A stretch of DNA of 64,000 nucleotides, taken from NCBI GenBank assembly GCA_947166655.1, contig CAMVFC010000001.1:10390-74389 (forward strand), read 5' to 3'. Source of the DNA: an uncultured Prevotellaceae bacterium. GTDB taxonomy: Bacteria; Bacteroidota; Bacteroidia; Bacteroidales; Bacteroidaceae. Shown here piece by piece: positions 18,458 through 28,282 of the stretch. The number at the start of each line of letters is the position of its first letter. The first letter of the stretch is position 1. Made by a program: the position numbers and the translations under genes. The notes beneath the pieces are model-generated. The model searched no databases. It was given only the letters and a program-made list of their open reading frames with translations, and was not told the DNA's origin.

Positions 18458-20668
18458 ATGAAACAACGTTCTATTTTCCAACATGTAAGTCAACTCCTCA
18501 TGGGGATATGCTGTATCTCCATGCTGATGGCCTGCACAGAGGAGATTGATACGTCCAACCGCTACACCTTCACCGAAGAGACGATTCTCAGCTATCTGGA
18601 GAAGCATGAGCAATACAGCGATTATGTGCAGCTTATCAAGCAAGTGCCCGTGAGTAGCGTGTCGGAATCTACCGTTGCACAGTTACTCTCAGCACGTGGC
18701 CATTTCACCTGTTTTGCCCCTACCAATGAGGCTATTCAGCTTTACTTGGACTCCCTACAGCGGAAAGGCATCTTAACGGAAGCCTCCTGGGAAGCTTTGC
18801 AGGCGTCGGAGAGCCTTGACTCGATCAGCAAGGTCATCGTCTACAACAGCATCATCGACGGTGGCGACATTCAGTACTATGAGACCTCCGACTTCCCTAA
18901 AAAGGATAATGACGAGTTCCCCATTTCCAACATGAACGATCGCAAGCTGAGCATCATTCGCGGAAAAGTGAACACCGACAGCATCTATATCAATGGTGAA
19001 GTGCCCGTTTCCCTGAGTAATCGCGACATCGAAGCTATCAACGGCCGTATTCACGAAGTATCTCTGGTCATTGCTCCGAGCAATGATACCATGCGTGATA
19101 TCCTTCTGTTATGGTCCGAGGACAAGAATTCCGGCTACATGGTCATGGCCAAATTGATCCTCGCTTGCGGATTAAGTGATACACTGAGTGCCGTACGCGA
19201 CGAGGTCTATGAGGTGATGTATCAGAAGGGACAGATTCCAGACCTCCCGAAGCATAACACCTTCGGGCAAGTGGGCAGTGCTCCTTCACACCGCAAATAT
19301 GGCTTCACGATCTTCGCTGAACCCGATGCTCTGTGGGAGCGCACGCTCCAAAAGCCAGCAGAACAGATTACTGTGCAAGACGTCAAAGAGTTTCTCCTGA
19401 ATCAAGAAGCACTCAACGAGAATGGAATGACAACCGACGACAACTTTATGGACGAGAACAACATCCTCAATCTGTTCGTCACATATCATATCCTGCCTGA
19501 GCGAATCAGCCGAGACAAGTTGGTTGTGCACTACAATGAGAAGGGATACAACTACCAGACTTCGCAGAACTACACCATTGCCATCTCCGATTTTTATACG
19601 ACGATGGGCAAGCCCCGCCTGCTCAAAGTTTACGAAAGCAAGGAGAGCAACGGCATCTACCTCAACCGCTTCCCCATTCTGAGGAACGGACGAGGTGAGT
19701 ACTCACCTGAGAATCTGGACGTGAACGACTACCACGAAAGCGGTAAGTTCAAGAAGCTCTATGCAGAAGGCACCTATCTGAGAGAAGACGAGAACGAAGG
19801 CATACTTGTTCAGAACCCGACCGAGGTCGGCACCAGCACGGTAAACGCCCTCAATGGTCTGGTCTACCCCATCGAGAAGATCTTGGGCTGCACAGAGAAC
19901 GTTCGTCGCCAGATGCAGAGACAACGCATCCGTATCGACGCATCATCGATGTTCCCCGAGTTCATGAACAACGACCTGCGCGGCATTAAGCAGTTCTTTA
20001 CAGAAGGAGCTACCAACTGCCGCGGCTTCTCCACGGCCTATCAGTATCTGGCAGACGTGGAAATCAAGGAAGGTACCGAGTTCTATTACCTGCCCGGCCT
20101 CAACTGCGGTTGGTGTAACCTCGAAGCTGATGAGTTCAATGTCATTGGCCGATACGAGTTTACAATGAAGCTACCTCCCGTACCTTGCGAGGGGACCTAC
20201 GAGTTGCGCTTCGGCGTGGCTACGGGAACATCCCACCGTGGTATGTGCCAAGTCTATTGGGGTACAGACAAGAACAATTTGCCCGCACGCGGTATTCCTA
20301 TGGACCTTCGCGTCGGCGGAAGGTATCGTCGTCTGATTGGCGAGACCCAGACCTCCACCGTCGGTTGGGAAGAGGACAATGACGATCCCGAGCATAACGA
20401 CGAAATCGACAAGAAGATGCGTAACAACGGATTCATGAAAGCTCCAGAGGCCTGGACAGCTGTCCTTGGCTCCAGCACCACGGTCCGCACGTATGAATAT
20501 GTCACCCGTCGTATTCTTGTCAGGGAGCACATGGTACCCAACACGAATTACTACATCAAGTTCAAGTCCGTTCTTGACGACGAGAAAAAAGAATTCTTCA
20601 TGGACTATATCGAATACTGCGCCAAGGAAGTTTATGACAACCCCGAAGAAGGCGAAGATATCTGGTAA
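18458..20668 (+). CDS. FAS1 (fasciclin) domain lipoprotein with uncharacterised C-terminal domain (paralog A)
   Basis: Lipobox LMAC followed by TEEID. FAS1 H1 motif HFTCFAPTNEAIQLY and H2 motif AINGRIHEVSLVIAPS. The C-terminal ~400 aa are unassigned. Confidence 0.75.
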   Translation: MKQRSIFQHVSQLLMGICCISMLMACTEEIDTSNRYTFTEETILSYLEKHEQYSDYVQLIKQVPVSSVSESTVAQLLSARGHFTCFAPTNEAIQLYLDSLQRKGILTEASWEALQASESLDSISKVIVYNSIIDGGDIQYYETSDFPKKDNDEFPISNMNDRKLSIIRGKVNTDSIYINGEVPVSLSNRDIEAINGRIHEVSLVIAPSNDTMRDILLLWSEDKNSGYMVMAKLILACGLSDTLSAVRDEVYEVMYQKGQIPDLPKHNTFGQVGSAPSHRKYGFTIFAEPDALWERTLQKPAEQITVQDVKEFLLNQEALNENGMTTDDNFMDENNILNLFVTYHILPERISRDKLVVHYNEKGYNYQTSQNYTIAISDFYTTMGKPRLLKVYESKESNGIYLNRFPILRNGRGEYSPENLDVNDYHESGKFKKLYAEGTYLREDENEGILVQNPTEVGTSTVNALNGLVYPIEKILGCTENVRRQMQRQRIRIDASSMFPEFMNNDLRGIKQFFTEGATNCRGFSTAYQYLADVEIKEGTEFYYLPGLNCGWCNLEADEFNVIGRYEFTMKLPPVPCEGTYELRFGVATGTSHRGMCQVYWGTDKNNLPARGIPMDLRVGGRYRRLIGETQTSTVGWEEDNDDPEHNDEIDKKMRNNGFMKAPEAWTAVLGSSTTVRTYEYVTRRILVREHMVPNTNYYIKFKSVLDDEKKEFFMDYIEYCAKEVYDNPEEGEDIW

Positions 20669-20695
20669 GCCCAACTACAAAAACAATATCAACAA

Positions 20696-22915
20696 ATGAA
20701 GAACATCAAACGATATTATTCCATGCTGGCAGGCCTCTTAGCCCTTGTCATGGCCAGCGTGAACACAGGATGCACCGAGGACATTGATACAAGCAATCGG
20801 TACACCTTCACCGAGTATACCGTGCTCAGCTATCTTGAAGAGCATCCTGAATACTCAGAATACGTAGAATTGCTGAAGCAAGTCAAGATCAGCGATGTCA
20901 AAATCGGCACGCTCGAGAGTTCTACCGTAGCCCAGCTTCTGTCTGCCCGCGGCAACTTCACCTGCTTTGCACCCACCAACGATGCCATTCAGCTTTATCT
21001 GGACACGCTCCAGCGTAAGGGCATCATTACCGAGGCCTCCTGGGAGGGCCTGCAGGCATCTGAGAGCCTTGACTCCATCCGCAAGGTCATCGTTTACAAC
21101 AGTATCATCGACGGCGGCGACGTCACATTCTATGAAACGTCGACCTTCCCGAAGAGCGGTAACGAGTTCCACATTGCGAATCTCAACGATCGCAAGCTCA
21201 GTGTCATCCGCGGTACTGTTAACTCTGACAGCATCTACATTAACGGCGAATATCCTATCAGTCTGCAGAACCGTGATATCGAGGCCATCAACGGCCGCAT
21301 TCACGAGATGGCACAAGTCATTGCGCCGAGTAACGACACCATGGCCGACATTTTCCGGAAATGGATTCAGGAGAACGAAGGCCACTATCGCGTGATGGCT
21401 AAGCTCATCCTTGCCTGCGGTCTGGGAGACACGCTCAGCAAGGTCCGCGATGAAAATTGGGAGACCTACTGGCTCACGAAGAGTCCCAACATCGGCGACT
21501 TCGATAAAAACAACCCCCAGTCGGGTATTCCTCCCGAGCACCGCAAGTATGGCTTTACCATCTTTGCCGAGACCGATGAGACATGGGAATCTCTTCTGCC
21601 TGGTAAGACTGTTGAAAGCATTACTGTTGAAGACGTCAAGAACTATCTTGTTGAGCATAACGCCTACGAGGGTGCTTCCACAGACGAGAACTACAAGGAT
21701 CCCAACAACATCGTTAATCAGTTTGTTACCTACCACATCCTGCCCATGCGCATCAGCCGCGACAAGCTGGTGGTTCACTACAATGAGAAAGGCTACAACT
21801 ATGCCTCTTCCAGGAACTATACCATCGCCACTGCCGAATATTACACCACCATGGGTAAGCCTCGTCTTTTGAAAGTCTATGAGAGCTTTGAGAGTCAAGG
21901 CATCTACCTCAACCGCTTCCCCATACTCCGTAACGGACGCGGCCGTTTCTCTCCGGAAGAGGAAAACATCAACGACTACCGTGAGAGCGGCGACTTCTGT
22001 GAAATCAGAGGCACATACATGAGAGAGGATGAGAACGAGGGTGTCAAAGTTGAGAACAGCACTGAAGCCAATCTCACGACAGAGTCTACCCTCAACGGTA
22101 TCATTTACCCCATTCAGAAGGTGTTGGTCTACACCGACAACGTTCAGACTCAGCTGCAGCGTCAGCGCATCCGCTTCGACCTGGCTTCCATCCTTCCTGA
22201 GATGATGAGCAACGACATCCGTCGCCCGCTCGAGGCCTACCCCACCCTGCACGCCAGCTATCGCGGATTCCCCACCGATTACCAGTATTTCGACAACATC
22301 GAGATCAAGGAAGGTTCCCGCTTCTATTACCTCAATGGTCTGGGCAAGAACTGGTACAACTGGCAAGGTGATGAGTTTAATATCATCGGTCGCTACGAGT
22401 TTATCATCAAGCTGCCTCCCGTGCCCAAGGAGGGAAACTATGAACTGCGTCTGGCAGTACAGAGCAACTCCAACCTGCGCGGCATGTGTCAGGTTTACTG
22501 GGGTCCCGACAAGCAAAACCTTCCCGCCATCGGTATTCCTCTTGACATGCGTATGGGCGGACAATATCGTCGTCTGACCAACACTACGCAGCCCTCTATC
22601 GTAGGCTGGGTGGCCGACTCACAGTTGGATGGCCAGGAAGCCATCGACGAGGTCGACAAGATGATGCGTAACAACGGCTTCATGAAGGGTCCGGAGCACT
22701 TCAGCCCCACCCCCGGAAGTTCCACCACGGCACGCCAGCTGGCCGACCATACACGTCGTATCATGGTGAGTGCCCACATGGATCCCGACAAGACCTACTA
22801 CCTGAAGTTCAAATCGGTGCTGGATGACGAACTGAAGCAGTTCTTCATCGACTACATCGAGTACTGCGCCAAGGAAGTCTATGACAATCCTGTAGAAAGC
22901 GAAGATATCTGGTAA
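20696..22915 (+). CDS. FAS1 (fasciclin) domain lipoprotein (paralog B, tandem duplicate of 18458-20668)
   Basis: Lipobox NTGC followed by TEDID. Motifs NFTCFAPTNDAIQLY and AINGRIHEMAQVIAPS. Collinear with paralog A along the full length, including the tail FFIDYIEYCAKEVYDNPVESEDIW. Confidence 0.75.
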   Translation: MKNIKRYYSMLAGLLALVMASVNTGCTEDIDTSNRYTFTEYTVLSYLEEHPEYSEYVELLKQVKISDVKIGTLESSTVAQLLSARGNFTCFAPTNDAIQLYLDTLQRKGIITEASWEGLQASESLDSIRKVIVYNSIIDGGDVTFYETSTFPKSGNEFHIANLNDRKLSVIRGTVNSDSIYINGEYPISLQNRDIEAINGRIHEMAQVIAPSNDTMADIFRKWIQENEGHYRVMAKLILACGLGDTLSKVRDENWETYWLTKSPNIGDFDKNNPQSGIPPEHRKYGFTIFAETDETWESLLPGKTVESITVEDVKNYLVEHNAYEGASTDENYKDPNNIVNQFVTYHILPMRISRDKLVVHYNEKGYNYASSRNYTIATAEYYTTMGKPRLLKVYESFESQGIYLNRFPILRNGRGRFSPEEENINDYRESGDFCEIRGTYMREDENEGVKVENSTEANLTTESTLNGIIYPIQKVLVYTDNVQTQLQRQRIRFDLASILPEMMSNDIRRPLEAYPTLHASYRGFPTDYQYFDNIEIKEGSRFYYLNGLGKNWYNWQGDEFNIIGRYEFIIKLPPVPKEGNYELRLAVQSNSNLRGMCQVYWGPDKQNLPAIGIPLDMRMGGQYRRLTNTTQPSIVGWVADSQLDGQEAIDEVDKMMRNNGFMKGPEHFSPTPGSSTTARQLADHTRRIMVSAHMDPDKTYYLKFKSVLDDELKQFFIDYIEYCAKEVYDNPVESEDIW

Positions 22916-22935
22916 ATCAATAAAACATATAAGAT

Positions 22936-24828
22936 ATGACTAAAAAGAATTTCATCCGATTCATCCAGACAAGCCTTCTGGGCGCAGCCATCGCCGTGGC
23001 CCTGCCGGCTTGCACCGATGATCACTTCGATGTCGCCAATGGCGGCGGCGAAGGGAGCAATGCTACCAAGACCCTATGGGAGCAATTGGAGTCGCGCCCT
23101 GAGCTGAGCCACTTCGCAGACATCGTGAGCAAGACTCCTTATTTCAAGGATGAGGCTCATCCTTCCAAGAACTACACCTACAAGGATGTACTCAACAGCA
23201 CACAAGTCTTCACCGTCTTTGCCCCCACCAACGAGGCGTTTGACGATGCAGCTTACAACGATGCCTTGGAACTCCTGAAGACCGACCCCTACGATGTCTA
23301 TCTCCGTCTGGTCGGCAACCAGATTGCCATCCATCGCTATGTCGCCACAGGCACAGGCAAAGAAGAGCTGGTCACCATCAACAGTAAACGTGCCACTTTC
23401 GACCGCGCAGCAAAGACGTTCAAAGACCTGCCGCTCGCAAAAGCCAACATCGAGGCAACGAACGGTACACTCCACACGATGTCAACCCTGGCACCCTTTG
23501 CCTACAATATCTATGAGTATATCAAGGCTCACGGTGACCAATTCAGTGAGCTGAAGAAATGGATCACTGAACACGATACCATCTACTTCAGTGCAGACAA
23601 CAGCGTCGAGGGCGGCTCGGACAGAGACGGCAATCCCATCTACGTGGACAGCGTCTATTTCCGCACAAACACCCTGTTCAGCATCATTGATTACGAGAAA
23701 GCCAACCAAGACTGGCTGATTCCTCACAAAGCTTTCATGGGCAACATCGAGGCTGAGGACAGCGTCTGGGCTATGGCTCTCCCGACAGATGCGGCCTGGA
23801 ATGCCGCAGCCACCGCATTGACTCCAAACTATGTCTACTCCGCCCTATATACTAATAAGGAACGCGAGGACATTGGTGCTACAGGTGAGACGCTTGTCGG
23901 CGAGAGTGCCGAGTCCGACTCGCTGCAGAAGCTATCCATCCGCATGGACCTGGCTTCCGGGCTCCTCTTCAATGCACGCCTGCAGCCCCGCAAGGGCGAA
24001 GACCGCCGTTTCTGGACAGCAGAGACGTTTCAGGCGGCTGAGTTCCCCAAGATGTTCAACACACGCATCGACACCTTCACCTACGACAAGGAAGGTCTGC
24101 AGGATGTCAAGAACCTGCTCTTCGACGGCAACACGAATCCCATTGCAGTCAGCAACGGCCTCGTCTATCCCGTCAACAACTGGCGATTCTTCGAACCTTA
24201 TGGTGCCACAGACCTGGAGATCGAAGTTACTGACCGCAGCATCTTCCAGTACAGCAACCTCGGTACGACGCGCGTTGAGTACGTAGCCTTCAACAACTCC
24301 ACCAGTGCTCTGAGCAAAGACAGCTTATTGGGCAGTGTGTATAAGGATCGTTTCTACTACATCAGCAACGGCACCTCTGCTCCCAGCATCAACATCAAGC
24401 TTATCGACACCGAGCACAACCGTCAGGTAATGAGTAACGTGGAGTACGAAATCGGCTTCGTCATGGTTCCCGACTTCTTCCGTGCCAATCCCGACAGCAT
24501 CGTCTCCACCAACCCGGAACGCATTGCAGTGCAGAAGAACAAGCTCCGCGCACAGATCACCTATAACAATGGCGTCACCAGCCGCGGTGCCGTGGAAGAG
24601 AAGAGAAGCAGCAACTTCGACTTCGAGTATGCCGGCACGAAGGTAGATACTATCTGGATCGATGCCGACGAGAAGCCGATGACCTTCACGTTCCCCAAGT
24701 CCTACAAGAACATCATCAAGAGCTATCCGACGCTGAACATCACGTCGCGCTCTCGCTCTTCGGACCTCCGCGACAATTATCAGCATCCCTTCTCCATCGA
24801 CCGCATCATCCTGCGTGCAAAGAGATAA
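22936..24828 (+). CDS. FAS1 (fasciclin) domain lipoprotein, third type
   Basis: Lipobox LPAC followed by TDDHFD. Motifs VFTVFAPTNEAFDDA and ATNGTLHTMSTLAPF. The rest is unassigned. Confidence 0.72.
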   Translation: MTKKNFIRFIQTSLLGAAIAVALPACTDDHFDVANGGGEGSNATKTLWEQLESRPELSHFADIVSKTPYFKDEAHPSKNYTYKDVLNSTQVFTVFAPTNEAFDDAAYNDALELLKTDPYDVYLRLVGNQIAIHRYVATGTGKEELVTINSKRATFDRAAKTFKDLPLAKANIEATNGTLHTMSTLAPFAYNIYEYIKAHGDQFSELKKWITEHDTIYFSADNSVEGGSDRDGNPIYVDSVYFRTNTLFSIIDYEKANQDWLIPHKAFMGNIEAEDSVWAMALPTDAAWNAAATALTPNYVYSALYTNKEREDIGATGETLVGESAESDSLQKLSIRMDLASGLLFNARLQPRKGEDRRFWTAETFQAAEFPKMFNTRIDTFTYDKEGLQDVKNLLFDGNTNPIAVSNGLVYPVNNWRFFEPYGATDLEIEVTDRSIFQYSNLGTTRVEYVAFNNSTSALSKDSLLGSVYKDRFYYISNGTSAPSINIKLIDTEHNRQVMSNVEYEIGFVMVPDFFRANPDSIVSTNPERIAVQKNKLRAQITYNNGVTSRGAVEEKRSSNFDFEYAGTKVDTIWIDADEKPMTFTFPKSYKNIIKSYPTLNITSRSRSSDLRDNYQHPFSIDRIILRAKR

Positions 24829-24864
24829 GTTAAACCTGTGTTGACCCTATAAACATCTAAAGAC

Positions 24865-27800
24865 ATGAGAAAAAGATTCAACAAATCGATCTTAGATAAA
24901 GCAGTTCGCCCGGCCCTCTGCCTGGCCCTGCTGGCCGGCATGGGAACAACGCCAGCCTTCGCTCAGGACGATGTATCCGAAGAAGTCCAGGCTCCCCGCC
25001 GCGTTGTCAAGAAGCAGAAAGTCTATGAGACCCGTCCCGTGGCCGGCACCATCACCGATGCCGCCACCGGCCAGCCCATGGGCGGCGTACGCGTGCAAGC
25101 CCTTCAGCTGCCGCAGTATTCCACGCTGACCGAGGAAGACGGCACCTACAAGCTCGATGTGCCCACGTTCTGCGACGTGCTCGTCGTCGATGCACCCGAC
25201 TACAACCTCCTGCAGCTCCCCATCAAGGGACAGAAGGCACAGGATGCACAACTGCTGAGCAACGACTTCCGCAGTTTCTACACCGATGCCACGTCCATCA
25301 CCTCACAGCGTAAGGTGACCCTCAACGAGACCAGTTCCATCAGCGTCGAAACCGACATGCAGAACCTTCTGGCCGGTGACCTCCACTCCACCAACCGCAG
25401 CGGCCTGCTCGGACAGGGGGCTTACTTCACCATACGCGGTATCAACTCCCTCAATGCCAATGCCCAGCCGCTGTTTATCATCGACGGCAACATGGTCGAC
25501 CTCGAGGAAGAACGTACCAGCCTGCACGAAGGTTACTTCAACAACCTGCTGGCAGGTCTCGACCCTGAGAACGTCGAGAGCGTACAGGTCATCAAGAACG
25601 CCACTGCCCTCTACGGCGCCAAGGGTGCCAACGGCGTAGTCATCATCAACACCAAGCGCGGCCACAGCATGGCCACCAAGATTAACGTTCGCATCTACGG
25701 CGGCGTAGAGTTGGCTCCCAGCCGCATCAAGATGATGGACGGTGCTGCCTACAAGACCTATCTGGGCGAGCTGGCAGGCACGGTGAAGGATATCCGCGAG
25801 AGCAAGGCTGGCGGCATCGACCGTTTCCCCTTCCTGAACAACAACTCCTTCTATTCGCCCATCTTCAACAACAACACCGATTGGCAGAAGGACATGTACC
25901 GCACCGCCCTCACACAGAACTACAAGGTGAGCGTGGAAGGTGGCGACGACATCGGTATGTACGCCCTCTCGTTGGGCTACACCACGGGCAAGTCCACCCT
26001 TAAGGGCAACGACTTCAGCCGTCTGAACCTGCGTTTCAACACCGACATCAAGGTCTTCGAGAAGGTACATGCCGGCATCGACATCGCTTACAACCAGACC
26101 TCCTACAGTGTCCTCGACAACGGATGGAGCGAGTCCTACGACATGCAGAACATCGGTTCCACCAACGTCCTGGGTGTCATTCAGGCTCCGTTCCTCTCGC
26201 CCTATGCCTGGTACCTCAACGAGAACTGGCAGCAGCAACCCAACCAGAAGCTGCTCCTCTCCGGCGAATACGCAGGCAAGTACGCCAGCACCAATGCCGG
26301 CCGATGGATTCAGAACCCCTTCTCCTTCCCCAAGAGCCTCGGCATCAACGAGAGCCTGCGCAACCCCTATTGGATTCTGTCCAACGGAGAAGGTGACAAC
26401 AAGAACCACGCCGAGCTGACGCAGATCAGCATCAACTTCGCACCACGCTACGAGGTGAACAAACACCTCACCATCAGCGACCGTTTCAACTACACCCTCA
26501 ACCGCAACAACGAGAAGTACTTCCTGCCCATCAATGGTGCCACGATGTTCACTCTCACCGACCTCGGTGACATCTCGTCCGTACTGAAGTCGCAGTTCAC
26601 CAAGGAGACAACCATCAACAACGACTTCCGCATCCGTTGGAACAACGTCTATGGTGCCCACAGCATCGACGTCTTCGGCGGCTGGCGCTACAACAACTAC
26701 AGCTACAGCTATTCCTACATGCGCGGTTATAACAATGAGAACGACAAACTGCCCAACATCTCCGAGAACATGCAGTACGTCAACTATGGCGGCACGAAGG
26801 ACAACTGGATTGACATGGCTTACTACGCCAACGTCGACTACAACTTCAAGAACCGCTATTTCGCTCAGGTGACAGCCTCTGCACAGTCCAGCAGCCGCTT
26901 CGGTAAGGAGACTGACGGCGGCATCAAGCTCGGCGGCGTCAGCTGGGGTGTCTTCCCCAGCCTGCAGCTCGGATGGCTCATCAGCAGCGAGCCCTGGTTC
27001 CGCCCCGGCAAAGCCGTACAGTACCTGAAGCTCACCGCCGGCATCGACCAGAGCGGTAACGACGGCATCGACTACTATGCCGCCCGCACCTACTGGGAGA
27101 GCCAGCAGATGACAGAGAACACGGTGGGCCTTGTGCTCAAGAACATCGAGAACACCAGCATTCAGTGGGAAACCACCACACGCTTCAATGTGGCGCTCGA
27201 AGGTTCGTTCCTGAACAACCGCATCAACGCCGGCGTAGACTTCTTCTGGAGCACAACGAACAACCTGCTCACGATGAAGGACCTCGACTACATTGCCGGT
27301 GTGAAGAAATACTGGACCAACGATGGCCAGCTGAAGAACCGCGGCTTCGAAGCACGCGCTAACGCAGCCATCATCAACACGAAAGACTTCAAGTGGGAAC
27401 TCGGCGCCACCGTCGGACACTACAAGAACGAAATCACCAAGCTGCCCAGCTCCGATGTCATCACACAGAAAGACATCCACGGCAACACCACCAACGTCAT
27501 CCACGGCTACACCAACAGCATCTACGGCACCGACAACGTGCTCACCGCCGTGGGCTATGCCGCAGGCACCTTCTTCGGATGGGAGACCAACGGCGTACTG
27601 GCCGACGATGCAGAGGCCAGCACCGCAGGCCAGCAGGGATACCTGAAGTACCCCACCGGCATCAAGGAAGACCCCTATCGCAACTTCCAGGCAGGTGACG
27701 TCCGCTTCGTCGATCAGAACGGCGACGGCGTCATCGACGACAACGACAAGGTGGCCATCGGCAATCCCAACCCCGACATCTACGGCAACATCTTCACCAA

Positions 27801-28269
27801 CCTCACTTGGAAGAACCTTCGCCTCGACGTCAACCTCAAGTACTCTCTGGGCAACGATGTCTTCAACTATCAGCGCTCCATCATCGAAGGCGGCAACACC
27901 ACCTACAACCAGACCAAGGCCGTGCAGAACCGCTGGACCTACGAAGGCCAGCGCACCGACGTGCCGAAGGCCTGCTACGCCACCAGCGAGGACTGGCGCA
28001 ATAACGAGCGCTTCTCTGACCGTTGGATCGAGGACGGCAGCTACTTGAAGGTGAAGAACATTCGCCTCACCTACACCTTCCCCTTCCGCAACGAGTTCCT
28101 CCAGGGCCTGCGCGTCTGGGGTGAGGCAAACAATGTCCTCACGCTCACCAAGTACTACGGCACCGACCCCGAGACCTCCAGCCGCAACAGCGTCCTCTAT
28201 CAAGGCATCGACACCGGCCTTCTCTCTCTGGGCCGCAGCTTCAATGTCGGTGTGACCATCAACCTCTAA
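24865..28269 (+). CDS. SusC/RagA-family TonB-dependent outer-membrane transporter (pair 2)
   Basis: Signal peptide ending AFAQDD, carboxypeptidase-regulatory-like domain (VAGTITDAATGQPMGGVRV) and plug (NVESVQVIKNATALYGAKGANGVVIINTKRG), followed by a long barrel. Confidence 0.92.
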   Translation: MRKRFNKSILDKAVRPALCLALLAGMGTTPAFAQDDVSEEVQAPRRVVKKQKVYETRPVAGTITDAATGQPMGGVRVQALQLPQYSTLTEEDGTYKLDVPTFCDVLVVDAPDYNLLQLPIKGQKAQDAQLLSNDFRSFYTDATSITSQRKVTLNETSSISVETDMQNLLAGDLHSTNRSGLLGQGAYFTIRGINSLNANAQPLFIIDGNMVDLEEERTSLHEGYFNNLLAGLDPENVESVQVIKNATALYGAKGANGVVIINTKRGHSMATKINVRIYGGVELAPSRIKMMDGAAYKTYLGELAGTVKDIRESKAGGIDRFPFLNNNSFYSPIFNNNTDWQKDMYRTALTQNYKVSVEGGDDIGMYALSLGYTTGKSTLKGNDFSRLNLRFNTDIKVFEKVHAGIDIAYNQTSYSVLDNGWSESYDMQNIGSTNVLGVIQAPFLSPYAWYLNENWQQQPNQKLLLSGEYAGKYASTNAGRWIQNPFSFPKSLGINESLRNPYWILSNGEGDNKNHAELTQISINFAPRYEVNKHLTISDRFNYTLNRNNEKYFLPINGATMFTLTDLGDISSVLKSQFTKETTINNDFRIRWNNVYGAHSIDVFGGWRYNNYSYSYSYMRGYNNENDKLPNISENMQYVNYGGTKDNWIDMAYYANVDYNFKNRYFAQVTASAQSSSRFGKETDGGIKLGGVSWGVFPSLQLGWLISSEPWFRPGKAVQYLKLTAGIDQSGNDGIDYYAARTYWESQQMTENTVGLVLKNIENTSIQWETTTRFNVALEGSFLNNRINAGVDFFWSTTNNLLTMKDLDYIAGVKKYWTNDGQLKNRGFEARANAAIINTKDFKWELGATVGHYKNEITKLPSSDVITQKDIHGNTTNVIHGYTNSIYGTDNVLTAVGYAAGTFFGWETNGVLADDAEASTAGQQGYLKYPTGIKEDPYRNFQAGDVRFVDQNGDGVIDDNDKVAIGNPNPDIYGNIFTNLTWKNLRLDVNLKYSLGNDVFNYQRSIIEGGNTTYNQTKAVQNRWTYEGQRTDVPKACYATSEDWRNNERFSDRWIEDGSYLKVKNIRLTYTFPFRNEFLQGLRVWGEANNVLTLTKYYGTDPETSSRNSVLYQGIDTGLLSLGRSFNVGVTINL

Positions 28270-28282
28270 TCAGACAAGAAAC

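Noticed and set aside
25303-28203. A 966-aa minus-strand ORF antisense to SusC2.
   Set aside because: Same shadow-ORF explanation: the product is V/G/A/D/E-rich and repetitive, whereas the sense strand encodes a complete SusC with plug and barrel.
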